Origin: Octopus sinensis
Lineage: Eukaryota
DNA length: 64,000 bases
Assembly: GCF_006345805.1 (NCBI RefSeq)
Contig: NC_042997.1
Location: 141,732,001 to 141,796,000 of the forward strand
Reading direction: 5' to 3'
Position 1 is the stretch's first letter. Each line of letters begins with the position of its first letter. Both the position numbers and the translations under genes were made by a program. The notes beneath the pieces were generated by a model. That model was not told where the DNA came from, ran no database searches, and worked only from the letters and a program-made list of their open reading frames with translations. Below, in pieces: positions 1-12,597 of the stretch.

Positions 1-339
1 AAGGAAGTTAACAGATAATTCAAGATCATTATTGGTGATATTATTTAATTACAAATCTTACTTTCCTCGCCACAAACCTACCATTTTCTTGTCAGCTTTG
101 GCAGAGTGTCGAATAAACATGCCTTCCAGAACTTACATCGTTCTAAGTTCAAGTCCCACCAAGACTACTTTTATTTTGCGTAAGAAAAAAAGATGGAGTT
201 AAAATGGATCACCGTCGTTCACTATGATGAACAGTCAGTTGTTCGATCAGTTGAATCCTCTGCTCATTAAATTAGCATGCAAATGGCCTAACATTCCATA
301 TAAACGTAAAATGTACGCGAACTCTTAAAGGAATTATCA

Positions 340-560
340 CGTAGAATTAGCGTGACATGGTGTGTGACAAGGCTGTGCTTTCGAATCACAGGTACACTCC
401 ATTCGACAGGCTTCCGCACAATTTCTGTCCATCCAATTCCCCTTATGACGTTTGGATTGACCCAGGGCAATGGTAAAAAGGCACCACGCAGCGGAATTGA
501 ATTCAAGATTTCGTGATTGCAAATCAGTTTTCTTAACCATTCCACATTCACAATACTTTA
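340..560 (-). mobile_element. diverged tRNA-derived SINE (family B)
   Basis: Reverse-strand similarity to the 14150/18573/24287 copies (ggcaccacgcagcggaattgaa, cacaatttctgtccatccaatt). Confidence 0.55.
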
Positions 561-2476
561 TTGCCATCACTTGAATAAGTATCACGGTTATACATTGAAG
601 TCGATTCGCTCGAGTACACCCTACACCTAAAATTTGTTAATTTGTGCTAAAGCAAGAAACAATCACTTTTTCTTTAATTAATCAATTTTGGTATTTTCTC
701 AATTTTTGCAAAATAATAGATGTAATTACTAAATTATGTGTAATTTCTAAAAAAAAATCTAATTTTAAATTTTACTACATTTTCAAATTGAAATCGATGT
801 GAAATATAATGATAGTTATTACTAATCTTAAACCCAAGAGAAATTTTATTTCGTCTACTTTCAATAATTCTTAATTTGTTATCCGGGAGGGAAAATAGTT
901 GCAATGTGTTTACAATGTAGACAGTGTAGTAAACAGATTAACTTAACTCTATAATCGTTCCTCAAACCAACGATTTCTTTCGTAAATTTTAAACTACACA
1001 AATAGCCGGTGGGCAACGTATTTTATCAAATTTCATATCGTTTTTAAAAATATTATTTTTATTGTTCGGCTGAAAAATTTAAATCATCGGTAAATTAATA
1101 TTGAATTCTATATTATATAGCAAATTAATATCGATGTTTGACAAGATAAGAAACCAACTTATTGGCCAAAGGCTCAAACATCTCTAACAAAAATATTCAA
1201 TTCTGAATATTTCAATCTAGTTAACTATGAATCAGTGTTGTGAAAAATAGTATTTTTTGTTAAAGAAGTGAGAATTTACGCTGTATGATTAATGAATTCT
1301 TTATCAGCTTTGTCTACGCTGTATATCAATACTCTTCTCTGTAACATGAATATACAATACAAGTGACTACAACAAATGTTCTAGCATATAGGACATGATC
1401 TTAAAGTCTGTCAAATCACATTGTTTTATAGTCGATTATATCAACTCTAATCTTTGACAAGTTCTTATTTCATCGTTACTTGAAGGTTGAAAGACTTTAT
1501 TGGGGTCTGAACTCAAAGCATTAAGGAACGTATGCCAATACTGTAAGACGTTATCCGACGTCCTGACTATTCTATATTTTGTTAAGTACAAGGTCAAATC
1601 TCGTAACTATGGTATATTGATAGTTTTTTGTTAATATGTTTTTCGGTAATGTGTTTTTTGCTAATCTAGTAATATTGAAACGTTTTTCAGTAGGAAAGTT
1701 CAGGTGAGGCCTTCCTTAATGAGGAAGAAAAGAATATCTTGCTAGGTCTATCTCCAATCAATAACTAAAGGTTGGTTATAATGAAAAATGGCGATGAATG
1801 TTTTTAAACATCTAGTTTCTGATTCAGAATTAAAACCGACTTTTCCTTGCATTATTTTCCTAAGTTAGACGGTATGAATAGGTAAAATGAGATTAAGATT
1901 ACAGAATATGTATTTTATGCACAACACAGCACGAAGTAGAATTAAAATATTAAAATATTACGAAACTTGGTTTGCTGTGGATGAATTAAGAATGCAAATA
2001 TATTCATTCTACATATTTGTTATGTAGAGAAAAAAAGCGGGAGTCTCATTACGGACCATTTACCGATTTGTTGGTCACTCCTCAGAGAAAAAGTACCGGC
2101 TTCCTTCTCCAGTCTATAACATACATCAATTAAATTTAATCAAATTTTATATCATTGCCTTTAATTAAAATACCACCTCTTCCGCTGATAAGTTTTCACA
2201 TCGAACAGGGAAAATAAATAGGCAACAACTTGCTGTTGGCTTTTATTTTTCGCTGTTATTGTTATCTTGATCTAGCAGAGCTAGGATCAATTACATTTAC
2301 TGTACCCGGAACCACATTATTTCATATCATTTCTTTTCTAAGAGGGCTCGGTATTATTTTGCAGGAATATTTCATTCCGTCAGTTTGAGCGCTTAGCTAG
2401 GTAAGTTAATGGCATTTATCAACTACGGAAGAAATTGAGCTTGAATCGATCTCGGAGGCATTTTTGGTAGCTTCTA

Positions 2477-3753
2477 CGAGGGACGTTCAATAAGTAATGA
2501 CCCTAACCCACTCGCAGTTGTTTGATCATGTGTAATTATTTATATCTTTATAGATTAAGTGGCAAATTACAGCTCTGAACTAATTGTGGTTTCTGATTTA
2601 CAGATGTTTGAACTGAGTCAAGTGTAAAATGGAGCCTGTTGAGTGTCGAGCAGTGATCCGGTTTTTGTATTTGAAAGGACGCACACCACGGGAGACTTTT
2701 GATGAAATGAAAGTAACTTATGGTGATGATGCCCCATCATATGACCTTGTAAAACGCTGGCATCGTGAATTCAAACATGGTCGGAACTCTGTGGAAACAG
2801 CTCCCAGATCTGGTCGCCCCCCTTCTGCCATTGATGAGGCATCTGTCCGTCAAGTTGAGGCTGCCATTTTGGAAGATCGACGCATAACTATTCGCCAAAT
2901 AGCCCATGAGGTCAAGATTAGTACCGGGTCTGTGGAAACTATCATTCATGACCATTTGCATATGCAAAAGGTGTCTGCCAGATGGATTCCCAAGTTGCTC
3001 ACACCTTTCGAGAAGCAAGAACGCGTCGAGTACTCGAGGATGAATTTGGAGATGTGCCAAGAAGATGAGTCAAAATTTTTCAAAAGACTGATTACACAGG
3101 ATGAAACCTGGGTCCATCACTATGATCCAGAGACCAAAGTCCAGTCAATGCAGTGGAAGCACCGTAACTCACCTCCTCCAAAGAAGGCAAGGGTGCAGCC
3201 CTCCGCTGGCAAGGTCATGCTCACAGTCTTCTGGGACCAGGACGGAGTAGTGATGACAGATTTCCTGGCAAAGGGTACCACAATTACAGGAGCCTATTAT
3301 GCTTCACTTTTGAGGAAATTAAGAGAAGCTATCAAAATCAAGAGGCGGAGCAAGATCAGCAAAGGCATCCTCCTCCTGCAGGACAACGCTCCGGTTCACA
3401 ACTCGCGTGTTGCCAGATCAGAAACACAGGCGTGCGGCTATGAACTCCTCCCCCATCCCCTTACTCTCCTGACCTTGCACCCTCTGATGTTCACCTCTTC
3501 CCAGCCATGAAGTTGTTTTTGAAAGGAAAGCGTTTCCCAGATGATGCAGCCTTGATTTCTGAAGTCACGTCGTGGTTGGAGGACCAAGCTGGGGTCTTCT
3601 ACAAAAACGGTCTCCAGAGCTGCATCAAACGATGGGAGAAATGCGTAACTCTGAGTGGTTTCTATGTAGAAAAAGACTAATAACTGTGCCAAGTTTCGTT
3701 GCTCTACTGCTATGGGAAGTGGGTCAGGGGCATTACTTATTGAACGCCCCTCG
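2477..3753 (+). mobile_element. mariner (DD34D) DNA transposon, full length (1277 bp), TA target-site duplication
   Basis: 36-bp TIRs CGAGGGACGTTCAATAAGTAATGACCCTAACCCACT (2477-2512) and the reverse complement ending 3753 (3 mismatches); TA on both sides (2475-76, 3754-55); encloses a transposase. Confidence 0.96.
2629..3680 (+). pseudogene. mariner transposase with one frameshift near 3457-3460
   Basis: WIPKLL motif, QDETW, QDNAP. Adding one C to the C-run at 3457-3460 restores HPPYSPDLAPSD (34 residues between the 2nd and 3rd Asp) and reads to TAA at 3678-3680. Confidence 0.93.
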
Positions 3754-4327
3754 TATAACCGAATATTTTACTTAAAGACACAACCCACACATTTTCAAAA
3801 GAAGTAAGTCAATTTGTAAGTAAGACTTTTCTCTTGAAATTAATGTTGAAAGTGAAGTGTAATTGGTTTCAACTAAAAACCATATTGGAATAGCAGGATA
3901 TTTTTTCTCCTGTCCTACGGCACCAATATGAAGAATATTTCAAAATTAGAAATCCCAAACATATCTTGGTAAAAGAAATTGATTTCGCTATTAAGAAAAG
4001 CATCGATGAAAATTGTTTTGTTCACATTTTGTTGAATATTATCATCTTTTCTCAAAATTGTATGCGGGTGCAATGAAGTTCTATGGCTCAATGTACATTT
4101 TTGTCCCTTTTTTTTCGAAAGTCTGTCACATAGCGAGTGCTAGAATACTTTAGGTTTTTTTCCTCATCTGTTAGAATGTTAAAAACATTAAACATCCAAC
4201 AAGGTGATCGCTTCCAATAGTGTCTTTTTTTTTTGTCCTTCAAGTAAGTTTGATAGCTCCTATCATACCTAGATTCTTAATTAGCTTAATCCTTTCTTTC
4301 TTTCTCTCTCTCACTCGCTCTCTCTAC

Positions 4328-4375
<48 letters not shown>

Positions 4376-4538
4376 TTCTCCAAGATAATATCCCAGTCTT
4401 TTGTAAATGCCCTGTCCTCAAGACAGACAACCTCAATGATACCACATAATACCGACCTATTGATCCCACATTAAACATCAAAGACGTGACGGAAGCAGTT
4501 GCAAACAAACCCTTTCCTCATCATCTCTTTCTCTCTCA

Positions 4539-4576
<38 letters not shown>

Positions 4577-5040
4577 CTTTCTCTTACTTTCTCTCTCTCT
4601 TTCTCAATTTTGATGCACCCAAGGTACAGTAATATCTATCAAACACTGTTTTAATTTCTGTATTAATAACATGCAGTATTCCCTAACCCACAACCCTATG
4701 TTGCTAATACATTTCCATCCCTTTTCAGCTTCTCCATACGAATGTCATCTCTAAACAGTTCAAACAACTCACACCAGACACACATTTTCTCCATTATCAA
4801 TGAGTGTGAGAACATGGCTGTTTAGTCTCTTCTAACAGCACAAAGACTAAAGCTGTTCTCAGCATATCAATTAAACAGATTTGATCTCACTACCATACAC
4901 CACCAAAACTCTCGAAGTCGCTACAAATGCCAAGCCTCACGATATGTGGTGTTTTCACATAGTGACCACACATCACAAAGCTATGATTCCTCTATGTGTG
5001 CAAAAAAATACTTTATCTCAAATCAATATCTGATCCCTTT

Positions 5041-5447
5041 AAGGCGGTGAGCTGGCAGAAACGTTAGCACGCCGGGCGAAATGCGTAGCCATATTTCGTC
5101 TGCCGTTACGTTCTAAGTTCAAATTCCGTCGAGGTCGACTTTGCCTTTCATCCTTTCGAGGTCGATAAATTAAGTACCAGTTACGCACTGGGGTCGATGT
5201 AATCGACTTAACCCGTCCGTCCGTCTGTCCTTGTTTGTCCCTTCTGTGTTTAGCCCCTTTTGGGTAGTAAAGAAATAGGTATTTCATCTTTCTCTACGTT
5301 CTGAGTTCAAATTCCGCCGAGGTCGACTTTGCCTTTCATCCTTTCGGGACCGATAGATTAAGTACTTGTTGCGTACTGAGATCGATCTAATTGACTGGCC
5401 CCCTCGCCAAAAATTTTGGGCCTCGTGCCTAGAGTATAAAATAATAT
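5041..5447 (+). mobile_element. dimeric tRNA-derived SINE (family A)
   Basis: Head aaggcggtgagctggcagaaacgttagc, B-box-like gttctaagttcaaattcc, core gaggtcgactttgcctttcatcctttcg; second headless unit starts near 5277. Confidence 0.85.
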
Positions 5448-5929
5448 TTAATCCCTTTCAAAACTCAAGTAATACTTATATTAAAGTACTGCTTACATGT
5501 ATTAAATGTTGCTGTTTCTGTACACTGCTGTATTTATGTGCCACATCTATTTTTCTGATTTATTAAGATTCTCAACATGCTACAAGCAGCAACCCACTGA
5601 TGCGTGGTTTCCTCCTTTTACTCTTCCTTCTCTTCTGTCGTTACCAACACAGCCTCTACTCCTCTGAACTGGTTAACCGCGTATCTTCCTGACCCAGATC
5701 CAACCCAAGCCATCAATCCCTTTTCTTGTTATCCTCACTGTACGTCATCTCCCAGGTGCATTTTAAACGTGTCACACAGTCCTCTCGCAGTGTTTTATCT
5801 GCAAAAGCCATCCAGCCATCCATCTTCTCCCCTCAATGTTCCTGTGAGATTCATGTCGGGTAGAGCTCTCAGGCACTTCTCCGTAAGGTCCCGTCAGAAG
5901 CAATCGCCATTAGACTTCCCTCCCTCCTG

Positions 5930-6560
5930 GATCTCCAAGCGTGGGCAACTAAAACTACAGATATTATCCAACCATCTAGTTCTTGGTTTACTTTAGGTCA
6001 CCTGCCGGTTGCCTTGATTTGAAGAATTTGTCTTGCGGTTCTTTCTAATCACATGTAGTACCTGATCTGAAACCTCTAAATGCAGAAAAGTAGCAGCTCA
6101 ACATGGAGAGCCTCCCTGATCGCCGAGTTACACACTCTGTCGAGTAACGTTACTCCTGCGATCCTCCAGAAGAACACCATTTCGGCGGCTTGTATTCGCG
6201 ATAATACTTTTAACCGAACATTCATGACCATGGTTGAAGATGGACACGAAACCAACTTAAACATAGCGTGTTTGACTTTGTCACCAACTTCTCCCCGTCT
6301 GAAGATCGAAGGCTGGAGCTGACACATGACTGTGCCAGTACCTGCAATTCTCGTATCCAATCAACCTCCTGATTTCCGTCACTCGTAATACCTAAACTTC
6401 TCCACTTCTCTCAGTAGTGTTCCACTAACATGCAAGAGCATTGGAAAGACTTTCTTGAGAGGGCTAACGTCTCACTCTTCACAACGTTAATTCTCTGCAA
6501 ACAACCTCGCAAATGTTTCAGCTGAACCCCAACCGCACCTATCTGAACAGTGTAGGAGGT
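5930..6560 (-). mobile_element. RTE-clade LINE fragment (RT C-terminal region)
   Basis: Translation SRIQAAEMVFFWRIAGVTLLDRVCNSAIREALHVELLL resembles the Rex3/Expander-type RTE C-terminus; interrupted by stops. Confidence 0.7.
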
Positions 6561-7262
6561 TGTCCTAAGGTCATGAGTACTTCTACACATCTACTGGCTT
6601 ACATGTAGATATAAACAACTGAAATATTATAATGTTTTATTGACGACAATTTTTCTATCTCTGTGATGTGTTGCTAATGACACAATTGCAAGCATTACCT
6701 TTCCTGTTTGTTTCCTAATTAATGAAATAAATTTTTATATTGCATAGTCTTATGTCTATATTTTTCGGAGATGAGTTTGATCCAAAAACGAAATAGTTAA
6801 CCAATAACAAACATTATAAGATTGTGCAACTCTAAAATTGCTTTTCTTTTCGTTCTATAGATCTTCAACATTATTTAAACTTACATTCTTTCTTATATTT
6901 TTTATCGTTCTATTTTGACGCTTTTCTTCGTTCTATGTGAGGTATGAGCTAATTCGCTTTACTCTAAAAAGACAAAAAATATATATATATTCATGGTTTC
7001 ATAACTATTTTCTTCACTCCTCTTCGATTTATTAAAAGGAATAGAGAGATCGCAAAACAAAAAAGTTTCCTAAAGCCATATAAACGTTTTCTTTCAGATG
7101 AATTATTTTCCCTTTTACCTACAATGCACACATTCCAACGATTTCAGCTCAAGCGGAAGTCATCTTAGCATTCAAATGTTTCTTCTGGCAAATTTCAGCG
7201 TAAAATTTCTCAAAGAAAAATACAAAACAAATATGAAAATCATTGAAAATATTACGACTGCT

Positions 7263-7263
<1 letters not shown>

Positions 7264-7325
<62 letters not shown>

Positions 7326-7353
7326 TACACACACACATATATATGTATGTACG

Positions 7354-7403
<50 letters not shown>

Positions 7404-7617
7404 AGCATATACGTGTGTGAGATTATATGTATATATATACATGTAAATATATATGTATATGTGTGTATATATGTATCTATATATGTTTGCATATGTATGT
7501 ATGAATGCATGTATGCATGCATGTATGTATGCATGCATGTATGTATGCATGTATGTATGCATGTATGTATGTATGTATGTATGTATGTATGTATGTATTT
7601 ATGTATGTATGTATGTA
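7264..7617. repeat. compound (CA)n/(TA)n/(CATA,TATG)n microsatellite
   Basis: Direct reading; explains the HTHT/YIYI/MYVC ORFs. Confidence 0.95.
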
Positions 7618-7817
7618 TTGAAATTAGCAGTCTATTAGGAAATAGCAAGAACTAACGAGAGAAAACTATTAAAATGTAACGTGTAAAGAACTTCCGCGGA
7701 GGGAACAGAGAAAATTGCAAATACGAATGCAATTATAGATAGTCAGAAGCATAAAAAGAAACCGGAGAAATTTCTCGTAATACATTAGAAAGTGAATAAA
7801 TGGAGTGATGCAGAAAT

Positions 7818-7818
7818 A

Positions 7819-7908
<90 letters not shown>

Positions 7909-7981
7909 GCAGACAGACAAATGGGTGGACAGATAGACAGACAAATGGATAGACAGAGAGATAGATAGAGAGAGTGACATT

Positions 7982-8074
<93 letters not shown>

Positions 8075-8116
8075 GCAGATAGACTGTCAGACAGACAGAT
8101 TGATAGATAGACAAAC

Positions 8117-8191
<75 letters not shown>

Positions 8192-8192
8192 C

Positions 8193-8235
<43 letters not shown>

Positions 8236-8271
8236 AACAAACAGACATATAGATAGATAGATAGATGATAG

Positions 8272-8321
<50 letters not shown>
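7818..8321. repeat. (TAGA)n/(CAGA)n/(GA)n microsatellite block
   Basis: Direct reading; explains the IYLS ORFs. Confidence 0.95.
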
Positions 8322-8324
<3 letters not shown>

Positions 8325-9083
8325 AAATCAATGGCGATTATATATCATATATTATTTCTTAAATTAAAATATATATATGTAATTTATAGTGTCTTTCTTT
8401 TTTTTTTTCTTTTTCTTTGTACAATTAAGTCCAGGTAAAAGCACAAACGTCTCGAATCTTCGCCGGCGCAATTCCGATTTTGCTCTTTTTCAGCGTTGGG
8501 ATCGTAGAAAGAACGAAAACCTTAATGATTCTTCGATTGTATATTTATTACAAGACTGCATCCTTATTACTTATCGACTTAGATCTTTAATGTAGGTAGG
8601 ATTCTAATGTCTACCTTATAGAAAAGTTTGTCTTTATTTCGTTTATCACAAAATATTACAACTGTAAGGGAAACGTAACTCAGTTACCAAATGAAGTTTA
8701 TATTAACTATTTTCTATTTGTCTTCGCAAAAGAATTTCCTCCATTAATTTTCTTATCTATTTCTATCGAATAAAAAAAATACATTTTTATAACAAGGTTT
8801 GGGCTTCGATTACATATATAACACTATCACAGGCCAATAACTGATCCTCTTGCGGACACTCGAACTGCTAGAAATAGCAGGTAAATCTCCTTCGAACTAG
8901 TGTTCCACCGTTTTAAAAGGAGAAGACAAATTAGATAATGCAGTCCTCAGTGCCTCTTAAGGAAAGAAATCGTGAAGATTGAATAGACTATATTGAACAC
9001 ACAATCAGGATTTATATCCGCCTAAGCAATAAGTACAACATAACTGTCCACATATCACTAAATCGTATCCCAAAAAAATACAT

Positions 9084-9135
<52 letters not shown>

Positions 9136-9136
9136 A

Positions 9137-9182
<46 letters not shown>

Positions 9183-9244
9183 AGGTTGAAAAGGAACACT
9201 AGTTGATATATATGGAAAAATGTCAAGATAGAAAATGCTAAAAT

Positions 9245-9520
9245 AATTTTGTAAAAAACATTTCAGTACCGGTTTCAGTCATTGAGACTTTTTCAACTGT
9301 AAGTATGGAAAACAATTAAATTTTGGAAAAATTAAAAGAAAAGTTTTTTAAAGAATATTTGCCTGGTATTCATATACAAGGGGCATTTTCCTTGTTTCTG
9401 CCTGTTTCTGTCTCTTTTGTTTACTCTTGTGGGTTCGAGGTCGTTGTGAATTCTTTCCATACTTACAGTTGAAAAAGTCTCAATGACTGAAACCGGTATG
9501 GAAATGTTTTTTATAAAATT
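9245..9520. mobile_element. small head-to-head inverted-repeat element, probably PLE-derived, with an HHR motif in each arm
   Basis: Arms 9245-9311 and 9454-9520 (67 bp, about 3 mismatches) around a spacer of about 142 bp. Confidence 0.7.
9262..9302 (-). ncRNA. type I hammerhead ribozyme, U3-A8 core variant, GUA site
   Basis: Minus strand ttacag-TTGAAAA-agtc tcaat gact-GAAA-ccgg-TA-ctgaa: stem I cag/ctg, stem II 4 bp, stem III palindrome ACCGGT. Confidence 0.7.
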
Positions 9521-9549
9521 ATGTAACCATTTTCTACCTTGGCTTTTTT

Positions 9550-9585
<36 letters not shown>

Positions 9586-9630
9586 GAAAAGGTTTTGAAA
9601 ATGCAGAGGTCTTTTAAAGATGTTTATTGA

Positions 9631-10041
9631 CTTGACCAGTTTCACTTTTTTAAAAAACGATTTTCAAAAGGAAAATGTAAGACTTTGTGTAGCCTTTGTT
9701 GTGTTAAAAATGGTTATAATAGTTGTATTAATATAGCTATACATTTTCTAGAAATAGCAACCATCCCTTAAACACACAAACACTGGAGATGAAGGAAGGT
9801 TGATCATTCTCCTAAATTTCTGTATAAGTACTTAAATATGATTCTTTCTGTATATATGCTTCTTTACAATCATGAACTTAAAATAATTATGAATTTATTT
9901 TACTACCTATTTTGAACATTTATGTAAACTGTTTTCTTATCATTATCAAAAATTGTATAACTGTATTTTAATACAACTATGGTAACCATTTTTTAAGACT
10001 ACAAAGGCTACACAAAGCCTCAGCTTTTTCTTTTGAAAATC
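9631..10041. mobile_element. second inverted-repeat element with a decayed HHR at its outer end
   Basis: Arms about 9659-9731 and 9968-10041. Minus strand 9631-9670 reads ctt-TTGAAAA-tcgttttttaaaaaagt-GAAA-ctgg-TC-aag. Confidence 0.55.
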
Positions 10042-10352
10042 TATTTATATATATATATAGTGGGATATACCATCCACGGAAATACGGACAAACCTCCATA
10101 TCCTCCGGAACTATCTTTATTCTTCTATATACTGTGAATTCTGTCTGGAATTTTCCTGCATATACACCTTGTCTCCGGTAACGGAATACCCAGTGTATGA
10201 GGATGTCGATCTATTACCTGGAATATCCCAGAAACACCTGTAAGGCATTACTTATATCTACTTTTTTTTATTCACCTTACTCTAATTAAATATTCTAAAT
10301 GACCTGAGATGCTCGTCCTGCCTTGGTTTTCTTTTCCTTTTCCGTTGATATG

Positions 10353-10494
<142 letters not shown>

Positions 10495-10536
10495 TATATA
10501 CACACGAACATACTTATAAATATATATATTAATGTA

Positions 10537-10567
<31 letters not shown>

Positions 10568-10699
10568 GAAGAAATATGTTACAAAAAGAAAATATAAAAT
10601 GCACGTGGAAATGTAACAGTAAAATATGAAAAATCAACGAAAATGCACATTGCAAATTAAAAAAGGCTTTTTATGACAGGTAACGACAAATATATACAA

Positions 10700-12318
10700 A
10701 TATATTAGATGGACTGAGGTGGTCATAAGAGTCATAAAAGTCATTATTATGAGATGATTATAAGATGATAATAAAGTAAGAAAACAAAGCGAACCATGGT
10801 TTCCGCAAATCTATTCATCGCTTTGAAAAAACCGGCTAATACACGGTGTCAAGTCTGATAGTTCCTGAGAAAAAAAGATTATATGTAAGGGAGGTAAGTA
10901 ATTCTGGATTTAGAGATGTAAGTGGTGTAGGAAGTGTATAGGGGTTAGTGGTTTCAATTGAAGAGTTAGTGGTGTTCTGTATTGAGTTATGTGTTCATAT
11001 TTAGTTGGGGGAGATATTTATTGATGAAAAATGCCTCTTTATTCAACCTTTGTTGAATTGTGGTGTTCTGTGAACATTGATAAAAGGGAAAGATTTGGAA
11101 ATTGGGATTAAGATTCCTGGCACACCTTTCTATGTGTTCGCTCACCTTTAACTGTCTGTATTGTGGGTGGCGGATTTGCTCTTTGTGAATGGTGGTTCTT
11201 TGACGGAGCGAAATTCCTGTTTGTTCAATATAGAGTTTACCACATCCTATGCATGTCATGACATAGATTACATTTACTGAGGCGCAGGTGAAATTTGATT
11301 TGATCTTAAATATTTCTCCTTGTTTGAAGTGAAATTCTGAACCCTCCAGAAGGTGGGGGCATGTTCCACAGTTTGTACGTCCACATTTTGTCACTTTTGG
11401 CTCTGTTGTTGGTGGATACAGTCTAGCGCTGGTTAATATTTTTTCCAGTGACTTCGGTTGCTTTTTGCTTTTTATAATTTTATATGAGCTTAAAATGTCG
11501 TTCATTGTTTTGTCTGCTGTGAGGATGGGAAGATTTTGGGTGATGATGTTGAAGGCTTCGTTGTTTCTAGGGTTATGTGTGGAAATGTATGGGAGTATTT
11601 TTAAGTCTTGTTTAGTATTTCGGCTAGTTTTTCTTAACATTTGTATATCTATTTCCTTAGCTCTTTTGATGCCTTCATTTACTAATGAGATTGGGTAATG
11701 TCTTTTAGTTAGTGCAGATCTAAGTTCAAGGAGTCTTTGTTCTCGAGTATATGTATCGGAAACTATGGTGCAGATTCTTTTCGCTTGGTTAAAGGGTATG
11801 TTGATTTCTATGTTGATTTCTATGTGTTTGGGGTGGCAGGAGTTAAATAATAGGTATTGTTTAGAATCTGTGGGTTTATAAAAGATGTCTGTTTCTATGT
11901 GGTTGTTAACTATTCTAATTAAGATGTCTAGAAAAGGGAGTTGTTTACTGTTGTGTTCCATAGTGAATTGTATATTGCTGTGTATGTTGTTGAACATTCT
12001 TTTGAAATCAAGGAGTTGATCCATGCTGTCTTTCCAATGTATGAAGCAATCATCCAAATGTCTCTTCCAGTTCTTTAAGTAGCAATTAAAAGAGGCACCA
12101 TATTTTTCTAGTGATGATTGGTATAACTTGAGTTCGAGGTAACCCATTACGAGGTTTGCAATCACTGGAGCAGCTCTAGTTCCCATTGCAATTCCACATT
12201 TTTGTCTATAGTAAGTAGTATCGAACAAGAAATGATTGTTCAGCAGGATGAATTTCAGTGCTTCAATTATAAAATTGTGATTTATGCGTCCTGGGATCTC
12301 TTCTGGGTATTTTTCTAT
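10700..12318 (-). mobile_element. Penelope-like element 1, 5'-truncated (RT C-half plus GIY-YIG endonuclease)
   Basis: Real coding part about 12318-10987: GIAMGTRAAPVIANLVMG, KRHLDDCF, LPFLDI, CGRTNCGTC Cys motif, VIYVMTC...LYIEQTG, RLNKEAFFI...LN. The ORF N-terminus in the track is antisense read-through into the adjacent SINE. Confidence 0.92.
10785..10825 (-). ncRNA. HHR-like motif in the PLE 3' terminus (A3-U8 core, collapsed stem II)
   Basis: Minus strand caaagcg-ATGAATA-gatttgcg-GAAA-ccatgg-TT-cgctttg; 7-bp stem I; about 160 bp downstream of the PLE ORF stop on the same strand. Confidence 0.5.
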
Positions 12319-12330
12319 GTCATATGCCCA

Positions 12331-12411
12331 CGAGCTACTAACCCCAAGATTCCGAGTTCGATTCCAAACAGCGACCTGAACAACAACACCACCAACAACA
12401 ACAACAACAAC

Positions 12412-12451
<40 letters not shown>

Positions 12452-12597
12452 TCGAAAAAGACCTTAAGAATGAGAACCCAGGTTCGAAATTTCCCCAAGA
12501 CACCTGAAGAAGGCTGGAGGGTATATCAGCCGAAACGTTGTGTTAACAACAAACAAGATGAGGACAAATATCCGTCGAATGTAAATAATGTAAATAA
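12331..12597 (+). mobile_element. tRNA-derived SINE carrying a hammerhead (family C), 5'-truncated copy
   Basis: Collinear with 25277-25506: anticodon arm and B box (gagttcgattcc), (AAT)n linker, gaacccaggttcgaaatttcccc, HHR, tail ending (TGTAAATAA)2. Confidence 0.88.
12499..12544 (+). ncRNA. type I hammerhead ribozyme, canonical core, GUU site
   Basis: gacac-CTGAAGA-a-ggctg gagggtatat cagcc-GAAA-cg-TT-gtgtt: stem I 5 bp, stem II 5 bp, loopless palindromic stem III ACGT. Confidence 0.82.

Noticed and set aside
7098-8331. ORFs of 100-185 aa rich in HT, YI, MYVC and IYLS
   Set aside because: Translations of microsatellites. The same applies to the ORFs at 28869-30257, 48029-48406, 51116-51340 and 59236-60604.
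12319-12498. N-terminal 60 aa of the 503-aa PLE ORF
   Set aside because: Antisense read-through of the family C SINE and its (AAT)n tract, not PLE protein.
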